DNA from: Dehalococcoidia bacterium
Lineage (GTDB): Bacteria > Chloroflexota > Dehalococcoidia > UBA6926
Direction of reading: 5' to 3'
Assembly: GCA_965207895.1 (NCBI GenBank)
Contig: CBDBNN010000003.1
Span: 1,027,755-1,091,754, forward strand
DNA: 64,000 nt
Shown: positions 9,202 to 18,482 of the stretch, piece by piece
Numbering within the stretch: the first letter of the stretch is position 1
Layout of the letters: each line of letters opens with the position of its first letter
Translations under genes and position numbers: made by a program
The notes under the pieces: generated by a model
The model's input: the letters and a program-made list of their open reading frames with translations, nothing else
What the model was told of the DNA's origin: nothing
Databases searched by the model: none

Positions 9202-9375
9202 CTATCCGTCGCTCCGATCCTCATCCTCCGTGGAGTCCTTGAGCGCGTCGATCTGGGAGCGGATATCGGACTGCCTTCGCGCCATGTAATAGAGATAGGC
9301 AAAAAACACGATCCACACCGCGGCGTAGGCCACGAAGACAAAGATTGGACTGAAGTCACCGAAATCGTTTTCCAC
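9202..9375 (-). CDS. ccmD: Heme exporter protein D (CcmD), 57 aa
   Basis: Not in the ORF track (<60 aa). GGAGGA RBS and a GTG start directly after the ccmC stop. Translation VENDFGDFSPIFVFVAYAAVWIVFFAYLYYMARRQSDIRSQIDALKDSTEDEDRSDG has a single TM in the canonical CcmD position. Confidence 0.6.
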   Translation of the reverse strand: MENDFGDFSPIFVFVAYAAVWIVFFAYLYYMARRQSDIRSQIDALKDSTEDEDRSDG

Positions 9376-9390
9376 GTCTGACTGTCCTCC

Positions 9391-10092
9391 CTAAGAGGCC
9401 CCGTGCGCTGCTCGCAGCTCGTTCAGCTCGCGCTGTGATTTCTCGACACCCATGCGGAATGACATTAGGTAAGCGTACAGGAGCGTAAATGCCAGCATTC
9501 CGAACAGGAACGGCATCAGTATCGATCCCTCCGGCCTGTCAGTGGACGATTGCAGCGTTGGCACTGGGTGGAGGATGTTCGTCCATAGCCAGATGGAGAA
9601 GTACGAAAGGGGAACGCTGACGAAGCCCAGAATTCCGATAACCGCCGCCGAGCGATACGTCCCCGGGCCGCTCTCACCGAGTGAGCGAAACATCAAATAG
9701 GCCACATAGACCAGCCACATGACCAACGAGGTGACAAGTCTCGCGTCCGACCAGTCCCACCACGCGCCCCATACCGGCCGTCCCCAGATTGAGCCTGTTG
9801 CCAGCATGAGCGTCGTGAAGAGAACTCCCAGCTCAGCCGACGCGAGAGCAACGCGGTCCCAACGGTCTGTCCGCTTCCAGACATACATGATGCTGGCGAA
9901 CGCGACCACGCCGAATGCAATGTAACCCACGAGGGCTGTTGGTACGTGGATATAGAAGATCTTCTGGTGAATGCCTTGCACGCGCTCGATCGGCGACTCG
10001 ACAATGGCCAGGTAAAGCGCAGCAAGCATGGCCAGAAAAGCGGCTATGCCGATAGCGTCGGTAACTGTGAAACGTCGACCGGTCAGGCTCAC
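9391..10092 (-). CDS. ccmC: Heme exporter protein C (CcmC)
   Basis: Trp-rich WWD-type motif WGRPVWGAWWDWSDARL. 6-TM. Confidence 0.9.
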   Translation of the reverse strand: MSLTGRRFTVTDAIGIAAFLAMLAALYLAIVESPIERVQGIHQKIFYIHVPTALVGYIAFGVVAFASIMYVWKRTDRWDRVALASAELGVLFTTLMLATGSIWGRPVWGAWWDWSDARLVTSLVMWLVYVAYLMFRSLGESGPGTYRSAAVIGILGFVSVPLSYFSIWLWTNILHPVPTLQSSTDRPEGSILMPFLFGMLAFTLLYAYLMSFRMGVEKSQRELNELRAAHGAS

Positions 10093-10802
10093 TTCTCAAC
10101 CGTAACATAGAAGAGTAGCGAGGACACGAAGAGGAAAACAAGGTCGTACGCCGCCAGGATGGCCAGCCAGGGCCGTATATCATCCCAAGGCCCGTTATCG
10201 ATAGCGAGCGCCGTTGCACGCACGGCCCCGATGATGACCGGCACAAGCAGGGGCAACAGCATGATCGGCAGGAGCGCCTCGCGCGCCCGAGAACGCGCGC
10301 TGATCGCGGACAGGATAGTCCCCACGCTCGCGATACCGATGTTGCCAAGCAGTAGCGTCAAGAGCAACGTTGGCTGGAAAAACTGCAGGTTGAACAGGAT
10401 CACGGCCAGGGGAATAATGACGGCTTCCAGAACAAGTAACAGGATGACGTTGGCGGCCACCTTTGCAAGATAGAGCGCCCCCGGATCGATGGGACTCGCA
10501 AGTAGACCGTCCAGCGAGCCGCGCTCCACCTCTCGCGAAAAGGAGCGGCCCAGAGCCAACAGGCTCGCAAAGATGATTGCCACCCACAGGACTCCGGGCG
10601 CAACGAGATTCAGCGTGCCGCCGCGCAGGTCAAATGAAAACTGGAATGCGATTAGCGCCGCGGCAGCAAAGACGGCCATCGGGATAGCGGTCTCTCGTGA
10701 TCTGAACTCGACTGTGAGTTCCTTGGCCAGCAGAATCCGAATTTGACCGAAATAGCCGGGAGGCGAGGCGTGTTGGAGAGGGCTCATAACAACCTGCCTC
10801 AA
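10089..10802 (-). CDS. ccmB: Heme exporter permease CcmB
   Basis: 6-TM ABC-type permease between ccmA and ccmC with 4-nt overlaps. Confidence 0.85.
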   Translation of the reverse strand: MRQVVMSPLQHASPPGYFGQIRILLAKELTVEFRSRETAIPMAVFAAAALIAFQFSFDLRGGTLNLVAPGVLWVAIIFASLLALGRSFSREVERGSLDGLLASPIDPGALYLAKVAANVILLLVLEAVIIPLAVILFNLQFFQPTLLLTLLLGNIGIASVGTILSAISARSRAREALLPIMLLPLLVPVIIGAVRATALAIDNGPWDDIRPWLAILAAYDLVFLFVSSLLFYVTVEK

Positions 10803-11551
10803 CTTGCCCGAGATACGAGGAAACGAGCCACTTCGTCCCGTCGACGCTCGGCATTTGCTGCCTGCTCACCCAGCGATTCGGAGTCGTGGACAATCTCTCC
10901 ATCGCGCAGCACAATGTCGCGGGTGGTCAGTGAAACCCCCATCTCGACGTTGTGCGTCGCCAGTACAACCGTCACGCCGGAGGCCTGCTCAGTGATGTGT
11001 TGTGCAAGCATCTCCCGGGAAGTGGCATCCAGACCCGTCTCCGGCTCGTCCAGCAGCAGCAGCGCCGGATGATGGATCAACGCACGCATCAGGGACACGC
11101 GCTGTGTCATGCCGCGTGACAGCGTTCGTACCGGATCGACACGCCGTCCGGTCAGGCCGAATTCGGAAATCAGTTCGTCTGCCCGCGCTTGAGGATCCGT
11201 CACGCCGTAGAGCTTGCCGTACAAAGCAAGATTTTCCCGTGCGGAAAGCTCCTCATACAGATGGCTCTGGTGGCTGAGCGCGCCGATTCGCGCTCGCGCC
11301 CGAGCCCCAGCGTGTCCCCACGGCTGTCCTCCGAATACGCGAATGCCACCCCCACTCGGGCGCAGCAGGCCTGAAATCAACTGCAACAGCGTGGACTTTC
11401 CCGCTCCGTTGTCGCCGAACAGAGCAACGCGTTCTCCAGCGTCGATCGTTAGACTCAGATTACGAATCGCAGGACGTTGCCCATACGACTTCTCCAGATC
11501 ACCGCACCGCACGATAGCCTGTGACGAAGGATCGGGGCGTTCGGCGCTCAT
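10799..11551 (-). CDS. ccmA: Heme exporter ATP-binding protein CcmA
   Basis: Walker A GDNGAGKST, ABC signature, Walker B. Confidence 0.9.
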   Translation of the reverse strand: MSAERPDPSSQAIVRCGDLEKSYGQRPAIRNLSLTIDAGERVALFGDNGAGKSTLLQLISGLLRPSGGGIRVFGGQPWGHAGARARARIGALSHQSHLYEELSARENLALYGKLYGVTDPQARADELISEFGLTGRRVDPVRTLSRGMTQRVSLMRALIHHPALLLLDEPETGLDATSREMLAQHITEQASGVTVVLATHNVEMGVSLTTRDIVLRDGEIVHDSESLGEQAANAERRRDEVARFLVSRAS

Positions 11552-12801
11552 CGCCTCCGCTCCTCTTCCAGCATCTGCCGCAGGAGTTCTCGATGGGGCG
11601 CTGACATGTCGTCATATTCGTCCTCTGAGATGTCGCCCGCCTCCCGTGCGTCCTCCAGTCGCGCCAATTCCGCAACGGCAGCATCGCGTTGGGACTGAAG
11701 CAACTCTCGATCAGCGACGGAGTCTCCTGGCACGCCTCTTCGGTTCCGGAATCGTCCCCACCAGAGCGCAAAGCCCGCGGCCATGATGAGCGCGACCGCC
11801 ACCACACCGTATGCCGCGTCCCGCAGCGTCCGTTCAAGACTGCGACTGCGTGAGCCGGCGCTTGGCGGCAGGTCCGCCACCGTGCCGCTGAGAGTTTCGC
11901 CCGCGAGTATCGACCTCATTTCATAGCGAGCATACGTCACGCCGGACACCTCTGAGTCCTGCATCTGCACCCACTCGGAGCCGGGGCGGAACGAAACCTC
12001 CGCCGGAACCAGCAGGCGAGCAACCTCAGTGGGGTAGGGATAGTCCTTGCTCCATGCGAACACGTCAGTCGTGTAGAGAATGCCGTACGTGACGATGTAC
12101 TCCTCGATGCCCGGCATGAGAGGAATGATCGAATACACATCCCGACTGTCCGGCGCGAGTACCAGGCTGCCGGGGCTATGCACGGACTCAAGATCGAACG
12201 CCATAACAGGCAACGGCAGCCGAACCGTGAGCCGCGTGTTGAGAGGATCGTTGCCCACGTATGCGCGGTCGCTTGTGTTCTCGAAAGTGGTCACTTGTAG
12301 GATACGAAGCACCCCGGAATCGTCATCGGGCGGTGTGATAGCAGAGCTATCGCCGGTGATGCGAATAACAGAAGGATCGGACGTGGGCTCGAATATCGTG
12401 AGATGAATCGGCCCATCGCGATCAATGGTGGAGATGTATGCGTCGCTGAAAAAACGGACCTCGTTATAGGCTGCGGAGAGCGTATAGCTGACCTCCTCGT
12501 CGCCAATTACGCCGCCGAATGACACGCCTCCACTCGCATCGGTTTCTGCCTCAAGCCGCTGCAGTTCATTGTTCTCAAGGTCAAACACCTGGAGCGTGAC
12601 AATCATGCCCTCCGGCACGGACGCCCCCGCAGTGCCATTCCTGACCACCGTTTCAAGGGTGATTGGCGTGCCTGTAGCGAGTGTCCGTTGCTCAGTTTCC
12701 TGCGCGGCAACAGTAGAAAGCGCAGCCGCCAGCGCCATTCCAACGGCCATGAGTGCCACCACTCCGGTCACCGTGAGCCCGTCGAAGGGCCGGCCCCTCA
12801 T
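11548..12801 (-). CDS. Membrane-anchored protein of unknown function: signal peptide, ~330-aa Cys-free periplasmic domain, one TM, and a cytoplasmic acidic coiled tail (GDISEDEYDDM). Embedded in the ccm operon
   Basis: Coupled by ATGA overlaps to the upstream small gene and to ccmA. Its C-terminal tail is paralogous to the 116-aa protein at 12798..13148. Confidence 0.6.
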   Translation of the reverse strand: MRGRPFDGLTVTGVVALMAVGMALAAALSTVAAQETEQRTLATGTPITLETVVRNGTAGASVPEGMIVTLQVFDLENNELQRLEAETDASGGVSFGGVIGDEEVSYTLSAAYNEVRFFSDAYISTIDRDGPIHLTIFEPTSDPSVIRITGDSSAITPPDDDSGVLRILQVTTFENTSDRAYVGNDPLNTRLTVRLPLPVMAFDLESVHSPGSLVLAPDSRDVYSIIPLMPGIEEYIVTYGILYTTDVFAWSKDYPYPTEVARLLVPAEVSFRPGSEWVQMQDSEVSGVTYARYEMRSILAGETLSGTVADLPPSAGSRSRSLERTLRDAAYGVVAVALIMAAGFALWWGRFRNRRGVPGDSVADRELLQSQRDAAVAELARLEDAREAGDISEDEYDDMSAPHRELLRQMLEEERRR

Positions 12802-13148
12802 TCTTGTCGCCGTTCCCGACTCAATTGCACCGCCCGCTCGATCTCCTCATCCAAAATCTGTTCCCGTCCCTCTATTTCGCGGATCAGAGCGGCGGCCCGG
12901 CGTACAAGCAGGGTCCTCGCGGTGCGGTATTCACTCTCGGAAACGTTGCCGCGTTCCAGCTCGTCATCCAGGTCCATGATGGCCGTCAATGCTTCGTTGC
13001 GGGCTTCCCTCATGCGGCCCAGATCGGATAGCTCGTCCGCCGTGGCTGTTCCATCATCCACGCCACGCGCTCGAATAAGGGGAAATGCTATTCCCACGAC
13101 TGTCACAACGACGGCCACGAGGGTCAATCCGACAGGAACTAGCTCCAC
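12798..13148 (-). CDS. Small single-TM protein with a cytoplasmic acidic coiled domain (GNVSESEY motif). Possible CcmI/CycH-like remnant
   Basis: GAGG RBS. N-terminal TM followed by helical region. Shares the E..LAR...G.(V/I)SE.EY motif with the C-terminus of the next gene. Confidence 0.5.
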   Translation of the reverse strand: MELVPVGLTLVAVVVTVVGIAFPLIRARGVDDGTATADELSDLGRMREARNEALTAIMDLDDELERGNVSESEYRTARTLLVRRAAALIREIEGREQILDEEIERAVQLSRERRQE

Positions 13149-13155
13149 CCGCGCC

Positions 13156-13716
13156 TCAATTCCCGTCCCGCGTTACGCGCCCGATTTCCCGCGCAACGAT
13201 CTCATCATCGTCCGCCATGGAGGGCGGTGCAGGCCGCGGCGTCTGTAGATTCGTTCGCGCTCGTCTACCGCTCTTCAGACCGAAATAGACGATGAGCAAC
13301 CCAATCAGCGCAATGATGGGCGGCGCAAGCCAGACGCCCCACCCGATACCTTCGGGGCGCGGCTCCCGCAAAACCTCGGGCCCATAGCGCTCAACGAAGA
13401 AGTCGAGAATCTCGTCTTCGCCCGTGCCATTATCGACCAATTGTTGTACGCGCACCCGCATCTGCCGGGCGATGGTGGCGTTCGACTCCGTGATGGCCTG
13501 CCCGTCACAGACCGGGCATTGGAGCTTGTTGGCGATGGCGCGAGCCTGTGGTGAGAGCGCCGTCAGTTCGAGTTCCTGTCGCGAAAACTCATTAGAGCCC
13601 GTTTCTTGAGCGTGGGCCACGGAGTGCAAGCTCAGCAGGAGTAAGAATCCGAGAGCCACCGCAAGCACCGTGGTTCCGCCGTATGAAAGTACTCTCCGTG
13701 GTCTCGCGTGACTCAT
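13156..13716 (-). CDS. ccmH: Cytochrome c-type biogenesis protein CcmH/CcmL
   Basis: Signal peptide, LQCPVCDGQ (LRCxxC-type) motif, and a C-terminal TM. Confidence 0.8.
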   Translation of the reverse strand: MSHARPRRVLSYGGTTVLAVALGFLLLLSLHSVAHAQETGSNEFSRQELELTALSPQARAIANKLQCPVCDGQAITESNATIARQMRVRVQQLVDNGTGEDEILDFFVERYGPEVLREPRPEGIGWGVWLAPPIIALIGLLIVYFGLKSGRRARTNLQTPRPAPPSMADDDEIVAREIGRVTRDGN

Positions 13717-13737
13717 AACAATCCCCGTGGCCTCCGT

Positions 13738-15738
13738 TCAGGATCTCCGTGGGGCGGCAGTTCCTGCAGAGCCCAGCGGCTCCCAGACGGGCCGCAGGGC
13801 AGGGGCGCGTCCCGGCCACGCTGTGATGAGCAACGCCAGGAAGATCATCGAACTGCCCAACCACACGAAGGTCATCAGAGGGTTGATGAAGATCGCGAAT
13901 GTCGCCGACTCATCGTCGAATCCCGCCTGGAAGACGTAGAGGTCATGCCTCCATGTGGACATCACGGCGACGCGGTTGGTCGGCTGCGTCTCAAAGTTGG
14001 GATAGATCTGCGTCTTGGGGAAGAGCTGCCCGACAGCCACCCCATCCTCCTCAACGATCAACTGTGAACTGAATACCTGCCGGTTCGGTTCCTGGATCGA
14101 CGCTGTCCCCGCATACGTGATGGTGTAGTTGTCAATGGTCACCGACTCTCCGCGCAGCAGATTGACCTCCGTCGCGGACTGAAACGCCGTGGACGCGATG
14201 AGGCCGATGCCGAGCACGACAATAGCAACATGGATGAGATATCCGCCGTAGCGACGGCGATCCCGGGAAACGAGCCCTGTTACGGCCGCCGGGTATGACT
14301 CCCGAGTTGTGTTCCGCCGTATCCGAATGCCCCGCGCGTACTCCTGGGCCACCGTCGCCAGCACAAAAGCGCAGGCGCCGAAAGCGATTGGAGTGATGGC
14401 GTCACGCAGCAACGGCGCAAGCAGTGCTGCCGTCACCACTCCGACTGCAACTGAAATCCGGAGATGTCGCCACAGGCCCTGACCGGTCGATTTTCGCCAC
14501 GCCAACAGGGGCCCCACTCCCATCAGCAAGATCAGGGCAAGAAACAGCGGGCCGTTCACCTTGAGATAGAATGGCGCGCTCACAGTCAGCCGCTGATTGC
14601 CAAGCGCCTCGGACACCATCGGGTAAACGGTGCCCCAAAATGTGGCGAAGGCGATGCTGAACAGCAGCACATTGTTGAAGAGAAAGCCGGACTCCCGTGA
14701 CAGAACGGCCTCGAATCCTTCTTCATCACGGATGCGAGGCAGCCGCCAGAAGAGAAGGACAAGCGGCAGGATCATTGCTCCCACAAAGTATCCGAGGAAC
14801 AGGCCGCCAACATCCGATTCGGCAAAGTTGTGGACGGAGCTAAGTATCCCGCTGCGAACAATGAACGTTCCGAAAATTGCGAGGAGGTACGTGGCGAAAA
14901 CAAGACTCAGCGTCCACACCTTGAGCTTGCCGCGCCGCTCTACAACCATGACAGAGTGCAGGAATGCCGTGCCTGTGAGCCATGGCAGGAACGCAACATT
15001 CTCCACTGGGTCCCAACCCCAGTAACCGCCCCAACCTAGCACGTGGTACGCCCACCACCCGCCGAGAATGAGTCCCGCCGTCTGAATGCTCCAGGCGATC
15101 AAGGTCGGAGTCCGCAGCGCTCGGGTCCACTCCACGCCCACCCGACCTGTAGCTAGCGCGGCGATGCCGATGGCGAAGGGAAGCGTCCAGCTCATATATC
15201 CGGCCAGCAGCATTGGAGGATGCACCAGCATTCCCGGATCCTGCAGCAGGGGATTCAGTCCCACGCCATCCGGCATCGTGGCGGGGAGACGCGCCATCGG
15301 ATTCGCAAAGAAGACAAGCACGATAAGGAAGAAAGACAGATTCGCAAGGATGACAGCGTTTGCGTAGCCCATCAGCGCCGGGTATCGTCTGCGCATGACG
15401 TAAATCATCACGCTTCCGAACACCGCCAGCAGCGTCGACCAATAGAGCAGGGAGCCTTCCTGGCCGGCATAGAAAGCGGACAACGTGTAGTACCACGGCA
15501 TGGCGGTGCTGGAGTGGAGCGTCACATAGCGCAGCCCAAAGTCCTGCGTGACAAACGAGTACACGAGAATGGACGCCGTCATGACAAGCATCACTGCCAC
15601 AACATAGATGGCGTTTCGTCCACTCGCCGTCAGCGGAGTGATGGACAGGCGTGCCCCCAAAGCGGACGCTGCGCTGCCGTAGAGGGCAGCGCCAAGCGCG
15701 AGAATCAGCGCGATGTAACCGGCGTCTGAAAGCTGCAT
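13738..15738 (-). CDS. ccmF: Cytochrome c heme lyase subunit CcmF
   Basis: Large polytopic protein with the WWD domain WGGYWGWDPVENVAFLPWL. Confidence 0.9.
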   Translation of the reverse strand: MQLSDAGYIALILALGAALYGSAASALGARLSITPLTASGRNAIYVVAVMLVMTASILVYSFVTQDFGLRYVTLHSSTAMPWYYTLSAFYAGQEGSLLYWSTLLAVFGSVMIYVMRRRYPALMGYANAVILANLSFFLIVLVFFANPMARLPATMPDGVGLNPLLQDPGMLVHPPMLLAGYMSWTLPFAIGIAALATGRVGVEWTRALRTPTLIAWSIQTAGLILGGWWAYHVLGWGGYWGWDPVENVAFLPWLTGTAFLHSVMVVERRGKLKVWTLSLVFATYLLAIFGTFIVRSGILSSVHNFAESDVGGLFLGYFVGAMILPLVLLFWRLPRIRDEEGFEAVLSRESGFLFNNVLLFSIAFATFWGTVYPMVSEALGNQRLTVSAPFYLKVNGPLFLALILLMGVGPLLAWRKSTGQGLWRHLRISVAVGVVTAALLAPLLRDAITPIAFGACAFVLATVAQEYARGIRIRRNTTRESYPAAVTGLVSRDRRRYGGYLIHVAIVVLGIGLIASTAFQSATEVNLLRGESVTIDNYTITYAGTASIQEPNRQVFSSQLIVEEDGVAVGQLFPKTQIYPNFETQPTNRVAVMSTWRHDLYVFQAGFDDESATFAIFINPLMTFVWLGSSMIFLALLITAWPGRAPALRPVWEPLGSAGTAAPRRS

Positions 15739-15753
15739 CGTGGCGTGAATCGC

Positions 15754-16221
15754 CTAGTCGTATGTCGGTTCGTAGTTGGGAGCCGTCGCGCCGCTGGGCA
15801 GAGGCTCCATGGTGTCCGGGTGGCGCGTCAACAAGACATCCGCATTGAAAGTGCCGCCGGGAGTGTAGTAGCCCTCGACGAAAACAACAGCGTTATCGCC
15901 AAAAATATCCGGCGGCGCTCCTTGATAGACGACGGGAATCGTAGCTTCTTCTCCGTGCACCTCAAATTCATAGATGAGGTCTTCTCCACGGACAATGGAA
16001 CCCGCAGTCACCGTCCCGCCCACTCTGAGTCGGTCCTCATCCGTAATGCCCGGCGTGGCAGCTAATTCGTCCACGTTCATGTAGGCGGCGGTAGCCGCAT
16101 CGAGTGAAAGGAAGATCAGATAGGCGACCACAAGGGCGACCACGCCGGCGCCAATGAGCAAACGGACATTGAATCGTCCGCGCCGTGGTTCCGGTTCATC
16201 AAAGATGGAATCGTGCGCAGT
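15754..16221 (-). CDS. ccmE: Heme chaperone CcmE (start at TTG within the track ORF 15754..16272)
   Basis: N-terminal TM, RLRVGGTV..GS OB-fold core, C-terminal VLLTRHPD region similar to CcmE. AGGGG RBS before TTG. Confidence 0.75.
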   Translation of the reverse strand, partial: TAHDSIFDEPEPRRGRFNVRLLIGAGVVALVVAYLIFLSLDAATAAYMNVDELAATPGITDEDRLRVGGTVTAGSIVRGEDLIYEFEVHGEEATIPVVYQGAPPDIFGDNAVVFVEGYYTPGGTFNADVLLTRHPDTMEPLPSGATAPNYEPTYD

Positions 16222-16500
16222 CAACGGTACCCCTAAGCTGGCTGAAACACACCTGCCGTAGTAATCGAGCAAGAGCGTGGTAGAACAATCGTATTGAGAC
16301 GTGAAAGTTCCGTCAACGATGATGGCGATCGCGACCTTTCGGATGAGGTACTATCGTGCCGCGCCCGGCTCCCGGCATAGATCGTTTTCGAGCCGCGTAG
16401 GCGGACATTTGCCCTATGGGGCTATACTGTGGTGTAGTAGTGTCGCATCGATTAATTCCAACCCCCACACATCGTGCTACAGCAAAGGTAGAAGGAACAC

Positions 16501-16749
16501 ATGCTGCGAATCCGCCTTACTCGAAAGGGCTTCCGTAAGCAACCGCATTATCGTGTCGTGGTGGCCGACCAACGGGCTCCGCGAGACGGAGCGTTTGTCG
16601 AGATTATTGGGCATTACGACCCGCGCACCGGCCCTGATTCTCTTCACGTCGACCACGATAAAGCACGGGAATGGTTGAGTAGGGGCGCTCAGCCAAGTGA
16701 AGCTGTCACTAAGCTCTTTCGGCGCCAGGGGATTATCGCCTCGGCATGA
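16501..16749 (+). CDS. rpsP: 30S ribosomal protein S16
   Basis: MLRIRLTRKG...YRVVVAD signature. AAGGTAGAAGGA RBS. Confidence 0.9.
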   Translation: MLRIRLTRKGFRKQPHYRVVVADQRAPRDGAFVEIIGHYDPRTGPDSLHVDHDKAREWLSRGAQPSEAVTKLFRRQGIIASA

Positions 16750-16783
16750 AGAATGCGCCAGCAATGGCAGTTGGGACGTGATC

Positions 16784-17014
16784 GTGAAGGAGCTTGTTGA
16801 ATTTATCGCTATGAGCATTGTCGAAGACAAGGATGCAGTTCGTGTGACCGAGAGCGTCGCTGAGGACGGCCGAATCCTGATTAGTCTTGTTGTTGCTGAG
16901 GGCGATAAAGGTAAAGTCATTGGCCGTGGGGGCCGTGTTGCTGAAGCCATCCGAACAGTGTTGAGGATTGCCGCGATCAGGCGCGGCGTGAGAGCCAGTT
17001 TGGAGATCGTCTAG
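16784..17014 (+). CDS. khpA: KH-domain RNA-binding protein (KhpA/UPF0109)
   Basis: GTG start. VIGRGGRVAEAIRTV is a KH GXXG loop. Conserved rpsP-khpA-rimM order. Confidence 0.75.
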   Translation: MKELVEFIAMSIVEDKDAVRVTESVAEDGRILISLVVAEGDKGKVIGRGGRVAEAIRTVLRIAAIRRGVRASLEIV

Positions 17015-17027
17015 AGTCGTCAAGCCT

Positions 17028-17618
17028 GTGGATCGACGCTTTACCCCATCACCCTACATAGCAGTAGGTCGCATCAGTGGCCCTTTCGGCGTAAAGGGCG
17101 AACTCAAAATAGAAGTCCTGACGGACTTTCCTCAACGGTTTGAAGCAGGGAGCAGGCTCTTCCTCATGGAAGAGCCTGTCACCGTTTCAGGTGCCCGTAT
17201 CAGCGGCTTGGATCGGCTCATCGTCCAGCTTGATGAGGTTCGCTCCCGCACACAGGCCGAAACTATTCCTCGTGGCGCGACGCTTGATATTCGGGAAGAG
17301 GATGTCATCCCATTGCCGGACGGCGCCTATTACCGCTTTCAACTGATCGGCCTGCCAGTCATCACGGAAACTGATGATGAATCAATAGGAACGGTTGAAG
17401 ACATTATTGAAACCGGCGTCAATGACGTGCTGATTGTGCGCGCGGAAGGTCGACCGGAAACGCTGATACCAAATACCGAAGAGGTTGTCACAATTGACCT
17501 TGAGAAAGCCGTCATCCGGGTGAAACCCATAGAAGGACTGCTGCCCTCTGCAGCGCCGGAGGAAACCCAGGATGAACGGCCGCAACAGCGACGCCGCAGA
17601 CGTAGACGACGACGATAA
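17028..17618 (+). CDS. rimM: 16S rRNA processing protein RimM, with a C-terminal poly-Arg tail
   Basis: RimM N-terminal domain plus PRC barrel. Ends in QQRRRRRRRRR. Confidence 0.85.
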   Translation: MDRRFTPSPYIAVGRISGPFGVKGELKIEVLTDFPQRFEAGSRLFLMEEPVTVSGARISGLDRLIVQLDEVRSRTQAETIPRGATLDIREEDVIPLPDGAYYRFQLIGLPVITETDDESIGTVEDIIETGVNDVLIVRAEGRPETLIPNTEEVVTIDLEKAVIRVKPIEGLLPSAAPEETQDERPQQRRRRRRRRR

Positions 17619-17702
17619 TCCGTCGTATGACATCGTCCCGGGCACGTCGTGCAACTCGGAGCGCTTGACACCATTTCATTCCGCATGACGTAGAATAATG
17701 TC

Positions 17703-18458
17703 ATGTCTGGACACTCACATTGGTCGACGATTCAGCGGCAGAAAGGCGCTAATGACGCCAAGCGGGCCAAGCTGTTCACCAAGCTGTCTCGTGAAATTAC
17801 CACTGCCGCCAGGGATGGTGGCGTCAACCCTGAGTTCAACCCGCGCCTACGCCTCGCCGTTCAGCGTGCCAAAGACTCAGGGATGCCCAACGACAACATC
17901 GACCGTACCCTCAAGAAAATCGCGGGCGGAGATAATGGTGATTCGCTGGAGGAAATCTGGTATGAGGGCTACGGTGCAGGAGGCGCAGCGGTCCTCGTGC
18001 ATACCCTGACCGACAACCGCAACCGCACCTCAAATGAAGTGCGGTCCACCTTCAGCAGGCAGGGCGGCAACATCGGCGAGGTCGGAAGCGTCAACTGGAT
18101 CTTCGACAACACCGGCACCATCGTCGTTGAAGGTAATGACGACGAGCTTGAGGAAGTCGCGCTGTCTGCTATTGATGCGGGTGCGGAGGACGTCGGCGAT
18201 CCCTACAGCGGCCAGTTGGAAGTCTATACGGCTCCGGGGCAGCTTGAGGCGGTTCGCGCTGTAATGGCCGAGCAGGGCGCAAACGTCATCCAGGCGGAAA
18301 TCACCATGCGCCCCAAGACGCAGGTCGACCTGGAAGTGTCGGCGGCGAAACAGAATCTCCGCTTGTTGGAGCGCCTCGATGAACTCGATGATGTTCAGCA
18401 GGTATACACCAACGCCAATTTCCCCGCCGAAGTGCTGCAAGACGCCGCGGCCGTCTAG
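17703..18458 (+). CDS. yebC: YebC/PmpR family DNA-binding transcriptional regulator
   Basis: MSGHSHWSTIQRQKG N-terminus typical of the YebC family. Confidence 0.9.
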   Translation: MSGHSHWSTIQRQKGANDAKRAKLFTKLSREITTAARDGGVNPEFNPRLRLAVQRAKDSGMPNDNIDRTLKKIAGGDNGDSLEEIWYEGYGAGGAAVLVHTLTDNRNRTSNEVRSTFSRQGGNIGEVGSVNWIFDNTGTIVVEGNDDELEEVALSAIDAGAEDVGDPYSGQLEVYTAPGQLEAVRAVMAEQGANVIQAEITMRPKTQVDLEVSAAKQNLRLLERLDELDDVQQVYTNANFPAEVLQDAAAV

Positions 18459-18482
18459 GCTCGCGTAACACGGCGGCCCGTG

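Noticed and set aside
9154-9381. Plus-strand ORF 9154..9381 (75 aa)
   Set aside because: The opposite strand encodes a textbook CcmD (single TM, GGAGGA RBS, located right after ccmC). The plus-strand ORF has no RBS or motif.
16272-16500. Possible promoter (TTGCCC...TATACT) or ncRNA in the divergent ccmE/rpsP intergenic region
   Set aside because: Spacing between the candidate -35 and -10 elements is non-canonical, and no conserved structure is recognisable. It cannot be supported from sequence alone.
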